This document shows positions 24,171 to 36,026 of a stretch of 64,000 bases of DNA, in pieces. The position numbers and the translations under genes are program-made. The notes beneath the pieces were generated by a model that was not told the origin of the DNA, ran no database searches, and was given only the letters and a program-made list of their open reading frames with translations. The number at the start of each line of letters is the position of its first letter. The first letter of the stretch is position 1. Source of the DNA: Marsupella aquatica (Eukaryota > Plantae > Marchantiophyta); contig OZ316891.1 in the NCBI GenBank assembly GCA_973895155.1, positions 12,646,771-12,710,770 on the forward strand, read 5' to 3'.

Positions 24171-26254
24171 GACCTGAAGGTCTCAGCAGAAGTCTCGTTG
24201 TTCGTCAAAACGCCCAGTCCATTACCTCAAGCATCTGATCACCTGATCAAGTTCATGAAAGTAATTGTTAATCATACCAAACAAAGGCGTAAGAGATTAT
24301 ATTCTAGCAATCTAGTACCGTTACCATCTAAAACATAAAAGTAGAAGCGAAATCGATCTTCAATCCCAACGAGCCCGACCTGCCTACAAAACGGCACAAA
24401 TATGCTTGAATGAGCAAATTGAGGCAATTCTGCTAGGATGTGTTTATTGAAGCATCTCGTCAAAATCAGGTCGTGGCACTTTCCAATTCCGTAGAATAGA
24501 CAAAAACCCTTCAATTTATAGACTTAATTAAATTTTACGTATTACAACCTCAACCATCAGATTCTTCTTTTGGCAAAACGCTACGTACCAGCTAGCCGTC
24601 CCAGTTTTCCACATCTGATGCCCCCAAGAGTCCATGCTTCCCTGTCAGGCAAAACCCCTTTAGAAGTCAGTGCACGAGACCATTGTTGCTCGATCAGACG
24701 TCCTGACTTGAAAGATGGCTTAGAAGCTAGACAATAGACTACAGGCGATATCGATCAAATTCTCATCATAAAACTACAGTTCCATGGACTAGCAGGCGTC
24801 TCGGAGTAGAGAATACGATATACCGTGAACTCATCGAGTAAGTCTAGGTCTGAATCGATGGTTGCATTGACGTCAGCTCGTACAGTCAGATGTAAAGATC
24901 TCTAAGCCAGACAGGTACGTTGACAGAGGCTTTCCAGTGCTGCAGTCTGATGTCGTTGCGTAGCCACTGTAGGAAAGAACTGAATGTGAAATCAGTCCGA
25001 GAAATCAGTCAATATAGAAAGAAATAGGATCCTGCCATCAAATTACCTCTGTGCTGTCGACAGTAAACATATGAGATTGATAACTAGCTAGCTATTTCCA
25101 ACCAAGTTCAATTCACAGTCACCATCATGACGCGAAAAGCTTCATTTGAGATTGTGGGTTCTCAACTCTCAAGGAGTATCTGAACCGGCTATGCATATCC
25201 CGATTCCCACGCACAGGAGATGTATGTGCTATTGAAATGCCAGATTTTAATGTGTGCAAACAACTCCGTAGGCATTGAGTCTCGTGGTTCCTATCGCTTA
25301 TCACCTTTGCCACGGTCATATATTCCTAGCGATTGAAGTGAATCCCACCAAAAGAAGAATTTGAGGCGAGATCTGAGGTCAAGTAGGTACAAATTCCGCT
25401 CGTCTCCGTACCGTAGAGAGCCATTGATCGACAGTTAACAGCTTCATATAGATGGTAGCTGTAGCGAAAGCTTGTCGACGCTAAACAGAGTAGGTGAGTA
25501 GCACCCACCTATATATGCATTCCATTAGGTTGAAAGTACATGGATGAACGTGGGGGGGAGGGGATTCTGATTTACTGATGAGTCGCAGGCGGGCGGGGGT
25601 GGGCGCAGTGGAATGGGACACTCTTGGACTCTTCTCCTTTTAGAGTTACCAGGTTGATCGATCGAATTTTGCACAATTAACTGTACAATGAAGACTACTT
25701 GGTGGGTCATAATTAATTCCTCTCACAGTCAGCATACATACCTTTCGGGCAGCACGACCAGCATACCCTCTGTAAGTTCGCAGTCAGATGACGCTCCAGC
25801 AATGAGGTCAATTCTAGTACGACTCGGGAAAAAAAGCAACACTGTAGTATGAGGGAAAAAGCAACTATGGAGTGTCGAGGCTGCCTAGCTTATACGTGCA
25901 GAGGCAAGAATAATTCAAGGCACCTTTGCCTCAACTATGAGAAATGACTCACTTTTCAGTTCTACTAGAGAGTGGCTGGAAAGGAGTTGCATTTATTCTA
26001 AAGGTCCATGGATTATGGAACATGGTCTAGGAGCCCCCGGAGTACCCAAATCATCAAGAGAGATGCTAAGTCAGGTCGGGGTCTTCAGGTAGGCAAAGTC
26101 TTTGAAGACTTTCTCATTGCTTTACTGAAAAATGAATAGAATAAACAAGATGTGCCCTTATGAATCAATGGGCGAAGCCATGCCATCCCGCGAATGCTAC
26201 ACTCTTGGGGGTTTCACTTCCACAAAAATGACATATCACGTGCAACGAAGGATA

Positions 26255-26440
26255 AGATTGTTTTATTGGTTCTAAGGAAAGATTTAAAAAAATTTGCAGA
26301 ATAACAATAGGGTCTTTTCAATTCAATTTTAAGACTTATAAGAACATTAATGTCTTTTTAATTCAATTTTTGAAATATTTCAACTTTATAGGGGTACAAG
26401 GTGATGGGGAGGTCCCCATATAGTGAGACCTCCGAGGCTA
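26255..26440 (+). repeat. Dispersed repeat, also at ~59700-59855 (unclassified TE fragment)
   Basis: Shared blocks aacaatagggtctt, taagaacatt, caactttatagggg, ggggagg..ccatatagtgagacc. Confidence 0.65.
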
Positions 26441-26921
26441 CACTAATTCTAATCTAGCCATAAATTGGTGGGTCCTAGATCAGACGGTAAGAATCTATAT
26501 ATAGAACAGTCCAAAAATACTGTGCGTCTAATCCTGATAAGAGAATGTCAGATGTAGAATCCTAATACCCCCTCGCATCCAAAATTTAGTAGCACGATGG
26601 AGCTATGGCGAGGTCTTTGGAGAACGTTGTTGTTCGCACTCTTGGCAATGATCTGGTTAGGGAGCACAATAAGCGGAGTCCTTCACGATGTTTTTGAGAA
26701 GGCATTCCAGAGTCTCCCCATGGACAACTGACAGAGAAACACAGAGTGGTCATAGTAGAGACAACAAAGGAGCAATCGATGGAGCAAGAATAGATGAAGC
26801 GAGAAGTGGTTGTCGCCCCCTTGGTTGAGATGTCTTCGTCTTTGATGAAGCAGAAAATGGTCGTTGCCCCCTCAATTGAAGTACGTTGTAAGACAAGAAC
26901 CACATATGTCAAGATAGATAA

Positions 26922-27227
26922 GGTAGATCATTCCCCTCTGGTTCCGGTAGCAAGGTTAACAATAATTCGACGAGAAGGAAATTTTACGCATTAGTAAGAG
27001 GTTACAATCCAGGAATATATAAATCATGGGAGTATTGCAAACCGCAAGTAAGGGGGTTCAGGGGACAAGTGTACAAGTCTTTTAAGATGAAAGAGGAAGC
27101 AGAGAAACATTTACATGATGGGATGAGACAAGCAAAGGATCATGCCATGCATGGACATCGGTTTATGGGCTTACAGGAGGTGTGTATAGATAAACCTGAT
27201 GGTGTCAAAAATAAATGGTTTAATTAA
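26922..27227 (+). pseudogene. ATG-less open frame encoding an RNase H1 N-terminal hybrid-binding / caulimovirus viroplasmin (Cauli_VI-like) domain
   Basis: 26979-27113 translates to KFYALVRGYNPGIYKSWEYCKPQVRGFRGQVYKSFKMKEEAEKHL, matching the FYAVxxGxxxGxYxxWxxCxxQVxGFxGAxYKxF pattern; not in the supplied ORF track. Confidence 0.75.
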
Positions 27228-27489
27228 TGAAGGGTCATGATTGGTTGTCATTTTTTTTGGGTCTATGAATGGATGATCCTACCTTTTTGGCGGGATAGGG
27301 TATTACAGTGGTAGATTATTATGGTGACCTGGATAGACTCCTTTAAACATCTTTGAACATGGACAATGAGGAAACATTTTGAGTCGGGGCAAAAATGTTG
27401 AGGAGAGGTAGGTGAGGCAAGGAATAGGTGAGGCAAGGTAGGTGAGGCAAGGAATAGGTACGGTGCAGCTGAGGCAGGCAGTGAAGTGT

Positions 27490-29219
27490 TCAGATGTGAG
27501 TACTGCCCTGGAAGTATATCGAGATCAATGCAACTAGAGTGGAGTAGAGGTAGATAGCACTTGAGAGAGTGAGCGCAAGCCTAGAAAGAATGATGTTGTC
27601 TAAATTTCCATCGAGGAAATGGTTTAGTAAGAATGTCAGCTGGCTGATCCGCTGTGTGGATGTAATGGAGCTTAATTTCACCTTCTAGGAGCCGCTCCCG
27701 AATAAAGACTTGATGTTGCAATTCAATGTGTTTAGACAGTGCATGAATGGAAATTGGGATTTTTGGCAAGGTTAATGGAACCCTGATTGTTGCAATGTAA
27801 GTTTAAATGTATGTCTTGTTGTGGGATGTGGTGTCGTAGAAAGACTGGAGAGAACTGCTTCATCATGGCAGTTGAGAGCAACGCGTAGCTCAGGAATGAA
27901 ATGAAGTTCCATTAGAAGTCATTGAAGAAAAACAGCTTCTCTGGTTCCTTTTGAGAGGGCACAATACTCTGCATCTGTTGTACTTTGAGAAACTGTTGAT
28001 TGACACTTGCTGGACCACATAATAGTACCACCCACAAACTGAAAAATGTAGGCACCAATGGACCTCTAGGTTTCTTTACATGCAGCATGGTCCGAGTCGG
28101 TATAGTCATTGAGCCTTTACAATCTGCCATACCAAGTTCCTGAAGAATTTGCTGACAGTATGTTTGTTGGTGAAGAAACAGTCCATGTGGGGTGTCAACA
28201 AATTCGATTCCCAAATAGCGAGTAACAAGGCCCAAATCCTTCATTTTTGTATTTTGTGTTTTGTTGTTGTTTGACTACGGAGATCTTGTCAGGATCATTG
28301 CCTGTAATAAGCAGGTCATTGACAAAGAGAAGTAGAATGCCCGGTAGAATGACAATTTTTCCTTGGTCATTAAGGAAGTAGAGGTTATGATCAGCTGCAC
28401 TGCGAGTCCATCCCTGTGTAGCTAGGTAAGCATCAACTTCTTCGTGCCAGGCACATGGAGATTGCATCAGACCATAGATAGATTGATTGAGTTTGCAAAC
28501 AAGGTGCTCTGAGCCTGGGACCTCAAAACCAGGTGACTGAAGCATGTAAATCAATTCCTTAAGTTTCCCGTTGAGAAATGTTGTATGTGATGAAGCTTCC
28601 AACCCAGGGCGACAGCTAATGCAATAATCAGACGAAGGGTAGAGCACTTAAATACCACTGGAGCAAAGGTGTTGTCAAAGTCGATGTCGTGTTTTTGCTC
28701 AAAGGCACGAGCCACAAGTCGAGCCTTGAGATGCATTCTGGTCGGATTAAGTTCGTGCTTAGCCCTGTACACCCATCGAGCTGAGATTTCTTTCTTTCCT
28801 TGGGGAAGAGGGACTAAATCCAATGTATCATTTTGAACAAGTGAGTCAAATTCCTCTCTGTTGGGAGCATTCTAGTCGGGATCAAGATGAGCTTGGGAGA
28901 ATGTGATATCCTCATCAATGGGTTTAGTTGTTTCTACAAGAAAGACATTAGGATTGCTAGGCCAAAAGCTCATGGCAAAATCATGACAAAGTATGACTGG
29001 AAGCTCCCTGGTGCGTGAAGATCTACAAGTGGGGGCTGCCGATGGTGCAGGTTCAGTGGATGGCAGGGTGGAAGTTGCATGCAGGGAGTTATCATCCAAA
29101 GTTGGTCCTAACAGCTCATCAACAGGGGATCCAATGTCCTCTACTGTGAGTTCATCTAGAGACATTTCATGGGAAGTGCTAATAAATGGAAGATTGGGTT
29201 TCTGTTGGCAGTAGGCCAA
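27490..29219 (-). mobile_element. Degenerate Ty1/copia retrotransposon (RT and RNase H remnants, frameshifted)
   Basis: DLVPLPQGKKEISARWVY, KARLVARAFEQ..DFDNTFAPVV, FLNGKLKELIYMLQSPGF, LLFVNDLLITG (decayed YVDD), MKDLG..RYLGIEF, SKHIEL..FIRE, QPADILTKP, spread over several frames. Confidence 0.9.
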
Positions 29220-29255
29220 TAGATGTGGAGGTGACCGGGTAATGAATTTGACTGC

Positions 29256-29285
29256 TAGGGTTTAGGGTTTAAACCCTAAATCCTA
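29256..29285. repeat. 30 bp near-perfect palindrome of plant telomere-type repeats
   Basis: TAGGGTTTAGGGTTT|AAACCCTAAATCCTA, one mismatch. Confidence 0.7.
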
Positions 29286-30042
29286 AACTACTAGCCCTCC
29301 CATTTAGCTCTCCTCTATTTTGCCCATTGCCTCCTTGATTCATAAATGGCTTCCTTGCCTATATATGTTAGCACCTCCATTGTCATCTTTCCACAAAGTG
29401 TTGGTTCATTCTGAGGTGGCAGAGTTGCTTTTGCCTTACAAAACATTGGTGCTTTGGGACAAGGAGCATAAGTTTGAGTCCTCTCAACGTAGAGCTCATC
29501 ATTGTGTTGCCATATGTCCACAAAGCAAGTAATGGTGATCGAGGTAGAGCATGCAAGTAACTTCAGGGAGCTTCATATTAAATTGAGACAGACTGCTTTA
29601 TAGACCTTTTGGAGTGAACCCTGGCAGCCTACAGTAATTGTCCATCACATTACAGACTTGGAGGGAAAAGTTTTGAAAGTAAAGCATGGATGACAGTAAG
29701 TACACCACCATTGACAAAGAACCCAAATATATCTCTCTAAAAAAATTACCTTTTATTGAAATAAGACTTTCCGTTGTGGATGCTCAAATGTTTGGGTGTC
29801 AAAACTGCTTGGTCCATCTGGGTTCTTTTGATAGAACTTGGTGGTCCGTCTAGACATCAAGTTCAAAAGCATCCGGATAATCAAGTCAAAGGTCCTGTCA
29901 CCTATCTCATCAGTTAATGCACCAGGTTTTTATCAATTACAATCCATGTTGTAAGTGCCATTGGCTCTTGGTAGTAGGACCAACAATTGAAAAATATACA
30001 CATTAAATTCAGAGTTTCCCCTAAAACTAGGTCAAGTGTGTC

Positions 30043-30273
30043 GAGTGCACTCCCCAGAGCAGAACATGAGAGGGCTGATTGATATTGTCAATCAGTCTTG
30101 GCGAGCCATCTCCCTCTAGCTTGTGGAGCGCAGGACTGGCAGCCTTAGGAGGGAAAAACACTGGGCCACAATGTTGGTGTACACTGACCCGGGCATAGTG
30201 GGGGTTCAAAGGACTGGGTGAGTGGGCTGGTCCTGCCATACTGGCTCCCTGCCCGGCCCCTGTGGGAGTGCTC
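30043..30273. mobile_element. Possible Tourist/PIF-Harbinger-like MITE
   Basis: Terminal inverted match GCACTCCC(C)A ... TG(T)GGGAGTGC, right end followed by TTA; internal hairpin ctgattga/tcaatcag; left TSD not recovered. Confidence 0.35.
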
Positions 30274-30950
30274 TTACAGTACACAATAAACCTTTTGGAT
30301 GGTAACGTGGGATAAGAAAATAGAATCCTTAGGTAGAGGAGAGACCTTATCCTGAGCGTCAATATCACTAGTCCATGGCATTTTCCTGACCAGTCATAAA
30401 GATGACATCACAAAAGATTTGGATACCGTACTATAAGGCTATTATTATATGGTCTGGCAAAATCATGCATTTCCAGAAATCCTTGCCTAGAAGGCAAGCA
30501 AGAAGAGAAGAGCCCAACGAAGATGCACGGCTGAGGAGAAGACAATCGTGGCCATGATTGTTAAAAAGGACCTCTGCCTTGGCTCTCATTGTCATTGCGA
30601 AGCACCCAAATCTGCAGGTTGACCCACGAGAAAGAAATTCCGTTATTTAGATTCCATTCGATTGCTTCAAACTGCGTTGGGTATGAGGTGGTACGATGAT
30701 TTGAATTGTACAAGTTCGAGTCGATTCGCTTGCAGTTGGTAGCATCTGGGTCAGCCATAGCCTGTAGTATTTGCGCTCATACGTGCGAAGCTCCTGTTGC
30801 CAATTGTCGTGAACATATTTGTAACCAAGCTACTCTTGTCCCTTCTTTGCATTCTTTGCAGGTTATCGAACACAGATTCGATGTCATTGTGAGTCACGGC
30901 ATCGTAAACAAATCAGCACAGTCGGGAGGTTTCCTTATTGAGAATGTTGC

Positions 30951-31187
30951 TTGCCCCTCTTCGTCTGTTAGCATCCATGGGTCCGATAATTTGATACTGC
31001 GTCAAACTTCCGATTAAGCGTTCTGAGTACATCCGATTGTACAATTCTTGAACTCTGTCTTCTGAATATCAACTGGCTCCAATTTAAATCTGAAGTCAAT
31101 TGTGTACCCTCGCTAACATTGACGGCGAAGAATGATGCTGGCAAGACTGCACAAGACGCATGCGTCAAAAATTTGGTGCCCAGAGAG
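30951..31187 (+). pseudogene. Diverged duplicate of Aladin intron 1 (3' part) + exon 2 (source ~39159-39400)
   Basis: Colinear blocks tagcatc, gtccga, ttgatact, cgattaagc, cgattgtacaat, atcaactggct, aatctgaagtcaat, tgtaccct, atgatgctg, aagactgcacaagacgcat, cgtcaaaa, tttggtgc. Confidence 0.8.
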
Positions 31188-31490
31188 AATTTCGTGAAGA
31201 TATGGTGACCCGTTCACAATTTGTGCTCGGAAGGCAGAGACACGCGGGAAGGAGTTGCAACAGGGACGAGGGATGGCATGTCTAACGGAAAAAAGGAGAT
31301 ATTGAGGAGCTGGAGGTAAAAGTGATACCCGTCCTGTCGTGGAGGTTGGCTTGCGACATGGGACCAAGTTGATGCGCAAAGCGCCGACGGGGTCTTTTGG
31401 AGATTCAGTAGGGGAAAGTCTCGTGGTGGGTTTGTAATTTGTTCTGATCGACTCGGTGGACTTTGAGACACGACCGAAGTGACAGTCACC

Positions 31491-34400
31491 ATGAGCTCCG
31501 TTTCCTGTATTTCTCTTGTAGCTCCTGTAGCGTCCACGAGATGGCAACCGAGAAGCACAGGGTGGTTTTATTTTGGGGAGATTGGCCATTTATCATCGTC
31601 GCCAATTGGAAGGGTCCGAATTGACAGTAATGCCAGACACCATCTTCAGTTCATATGCCGCAGGAGAAAACCTAGCGTTCGGTTGGCGAATTTTTCAAAC
31701 CCAGACCTGAATTGGAGACCTCATGGAAGATTTGGTTGTCAGGCTTTCGAAACCATCGACCAAATTAAAGCGCCTGTGCGAAAAGGCTTAAGCAAGTTCC
31801 TCCATAATGCCGTGGCTAAAGAGAGAGCTCCATTAGATGAGTGTAAACCGGATTTTGAACCTCCCTCCGAAAAGCAGGTCCCTCTCTCACCCATATTGCC
31901 TCTATAATTTGATGTGCATTTTTACCTCAACTGACTAATTCAGCAACTTGTAATTTCTGGGCCAGTGAATCCTTAAAGCTGTACCCTACAGCTATCACCT
32001 GATCACAGCCTTCAACCCAAGCTTCAATGACGCTTTTTTTACATACAATGCAACGCCACGATCAAATTGTGCCCTTCCGAATATTTATAGCTTATGGCTA
32101 TTTTATTTGAATGTTGTTCCAATAGCTGGTCAAAATTATTATCACTCGTAGCAGATTGAGGTCCTTATCTCACGTCTTACGCAGATTGACAGTTACGGAC
32201 AGACTTGTTGGACTTTGTTGAAGCCACCACATGGTCTTGTAGTGCCCAATTTTGGGACGAAAATGAACGGCTTCTGGACTGTTAAGTGAACTTAATTTCT
32301 TTCTGCCTCAATAATTGAGTTATGGCAGAGAGCTGGATCAGAATTTCCGGTACTTGTGAGAAGATTTTGGAAAATTGCTGCACCATATTGGAGCTCAGAA
32401 GAAAAGGTTCAAGCTCGTTGGAATTTCGCTGGAGTGCTTGCCCTTACTCTTGCTACCACTGGAATAAGTGTGGGTTTCAATTTCATTGGGAGGGACTTTT
32501 ATAATGCTCTTGCAAGTGGGTATTGTATACTTTGTTCCTCCCACCCTTATGATTATCACAAGCAGTTCCTCCTTCTTGTTGGTGTGCTTCACATTCTGCG
32601 TTCTTAGCTCTTGCTTTACGATGGTTTGCTTTTGTCAGAGGTCTGCTTGATACATCTCAATGGGCATAAATGGTTTTTGTGGGATTTTCAGGCAAGGATC
32701 AGGAACAGTTTCTGAAGCAGCTAACATACTATTTGGGAGCATTTGTAGTAGGTATCCCGGTGAGTACCTTGTTACATTTGGAGTGTACTTTTGGTGATGT
32801 GCTGGTCCAAGTTATGGCCAGGAGAACATTCAGAAGAACTTCCTGAACTACAAGAAATCGGGCACAGTATTGAATTGCAAATTATTATTTTTAGCCACCT
32901 GCCAAGGTTGGAGCTAAGAGAATGAAGACAACCATTGGCAGTCAGGCTCTGTAATATTCATTATCTCAGATTAAGCCCATGTTATCTTGTTTAGAAATTC
33001 TCTCTCTCAAGTATTCTCGTGTATGCAGGTGTTTGTCATAAGAGATTATAGCAAAGAAAAGCTTGCGCTGCAGTGGAGAGCATGGATGACAAAACAGTTT
33101 GTTGATAATTATTTTGAGAACCAAACATTTTACAGCATTCAGTCTCAATCACTCATTGACAACCCAGATCAACGAATCGTCGATGACCTTAACGCTTTCA
33201 CGTCTATCTCTCTTGGTTTCACACTAGCTTTATTCAACGCAACTATTGATCTGATTTCGTTCAGTGGGATTCTATATGGAATTTATCCACCACTATTTGC
33301 GGTGCTTGTGGTCTATTCTTTGGGAGGAACTGCCTTAAGTGTGGCTTTAGGAAAGGTCAGTAGCAAAGCCTTTTTTCTCCTACAATGCTATTAGTCAGCG
33401 TGTCCGGGCTCATAAGGAACTTGATCTGTTCCAACATTTAGTTATAGTCTGTTTATCTTTGTTGGTCGCCTGCTTGCATTTTCGAAGGAAACCCAAAATA
33501 ACAAGCTGTACCGTTAACTTGTTCAGGGACTTGTGGGCTTGAATTTTATGCAAGAAAAACGGGAGGCAGACTTTAGATATGGATTAGTGCGAGTCCGAGA
33601 AAATGCTGAATCTATTGCATTTTATGGAGGGGAAGACAGTGAAATACAGCTCTTGCTCGAACGTTTCAAACAATCATTTGCTAACTACAGTGTAAGTTTA
33701 CTTTCTCGCAAATTATGTTTTCTAAAAGCGTGAAGGATGAATAGTTATGACTACAGTGGAATAATTGCAATCAAAGATCCAACTGCATCAAATTTGGTTA
33801 GTTATTGCTTATTCATGTTAACTGTCCGAACGCCTTGAAGCATATAGATTTACGAAAGTCTACCGCAAGATTCTGTGAGTCTGCTTTTCCCCTTCCACTA
33901 ACTCAAAGTTTTAAACTCTCGTTTGTGTGTCCAGAAACTCTTGATTGCCTCTCGAAATTTGGACTTCTTCACGAGTGCTTATCGCTATCTCATTCAACTA
34001 TTGCCTGCAGCTGTGGTCGCACCATTGTTCTTTGCTGGAAAAATAGAGTTTGGAGTGATCAACCAATCTTTTTCTGCATTCAATCATGTCTTGAGTGACT
34101 TTTCAATAATTGTGTACCAATTTCAGTCAATCAGTGCCTTCTCAGCAGTGGTTGACCGCTTGGGTATGTCCTATTCCTCTCTGGCTTGAATACTGTTCTC
34201 TCTGTCTTTCTTCCTGAATGGTGGTGCACGCATGACCAGACTTTTGAACTTCTGTCTCGGGTGCTTTGGCAGGTGAATTTCATGAGATACTAAACCAGCA
34301 AAATGCCTTATCACAACCCACCACCTTTGTTGTAACGTCGTCTGACCCAGCACAATCGAATTCGCCTGAAACCCCCTCTACACCTCGCCCCCGTATTTCA

Positions 34401-36026
34401 GTCATGAATATTAGGGAATCGGTCATCGCATCAAATGGTAGATCAACAGAAAATAAATCTGATTCTGCTCTCCTGGAGATTGAGGATCTGACATTGCAAA
34501 CGCCTCAATATACCACAACGTTGGTGGAAGACTTGTCCCTCACTGTGCATAAAGGGGAGCACGTACTTGTAATACTTTTTCACGGCTCCTACTGTAGAGT
34601 ATTATCATACTTGACAGTTTTACGCAATAACTAGACCGTATCCAAGAGACCGAATTTCATGAGTATATGAGTGAACCCCATATATGGAGTAAGTTGTCTG
34701 TATTACGAGTAGAATTGCAGGAAGGGGTAAAATTCAAGTGGCAAACACAGTACTTCCCTTTTTTTCGGATTGAGATTTTTATTGTAGTTATCGTCTGTAC
34801 ATTGTGCAGATTATGGGTCCAAGTGGAAGCGGGAAGACCTCACTCTTAAGAGCAGTTGCAGGGCTTTGGACTGCAGGAAAAGGAACAATTCTACGTCATT
34901 TTGTTTCTGAAAGTGATAATAAATCGAATGGTGCAGTGCTATCGAACGTTGACGATAGGCAGGGTAAAGTAGAGGGTCGTTTGCAGGAAACAGTAAAAGA
35001 GAGCCTGGATGATTGCTACCAACAGATCTTCTTTTTGCCACAAAGACCATACATGGTTCTGGGAAGTTTACGGCAACAGATATTGTATCCTTCGTGGACA
35101 GAGCAGTCTGCTTCGACTTTCGACAGATCGGAAACTAAAATTGGTGACGGTAAGAAGTTTTAAAAACCTTTGGTAGCTTTTCTTGCAGACCAGCATTTTT
35201 CAAAAGAGTTCTAAAACAGCTTTGCTAGTGATTTGCTTATTTGACTTTAGTGAGTCGTCGTAGCTAGATCTTGGAGTGAGTAACAATCAGGGTTTTGAGC
35301 TGCAACTTGTTGATCTACAGATTCTACACCTTTACGTTTTGGAACTCGAAAGAATAGTTTTGCATCACATCAAGGTCCTCAACCTTCGGATGATGAAATC
35401 ATCCAAGTGTTGGAGTGCGTCAATTTAGGCCATTTGATGGATGGCTGTGATGGGCTGGATGCATTCATGGAGTGGTCTAGTGTTCTTTCCTTGGGAGAAC
35501 AGCAAAGAATTGCATTTGCTCGTTTGCTAATTTCAAAGCCAAGGTTGGCACTTTTGGATGAAGCTACCAGTGCTCTTGATGAAGACAACGAGGTATGTGC
35601 CGTATGGACTGCACATTTTGTTTCCATTATGAAGTTTTTGGGTTTAAACTTTCTTTGAAGGTTTAGTAAGAAATTTATTGGTAAACAAATCCGAACGTTG
35701 TGACTTGATCTTAAGGAATTTGATGAAGCCAGTGTGTGCATTGCAATTGACCATAAGACCATATTGCTATGGGCCTGCATGTCGGTTTCAGTACTGTTAA
35801 GACTAGAGGCTAACCGATTTGTAAATAATTTCAGATTCAGCTGTATCAGGAGATCGAGAAGGCAGGCATCACTTATGTAAGCGTGGGTCATAGAAGTACA
35901 CTTCAGAAATTTCACCGAAACATCTTGAGGCTCAGAAATTCACAGGCAGATAAGAGTGGTCGCAATTGGACTTTTGGCCCACTTCTTCGGCTTCCTGATC
36001 AAGAAGTCATGGACCGCTCATTCTGA
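31491..36026 (+). CDS. ABCD2: ABC transporter D-family half transporter, plastid type (ABCD2-like), ~10 exons
   Basis: Transit-peptide-like first exon; [45 protein letters not shown] (EAA motif), Walker [18 protein letters not shown], signature [11 protein letters not shown], Walker [18 protein letters not shown]; stop TGA 36024-36026. Confidence 0.9.
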
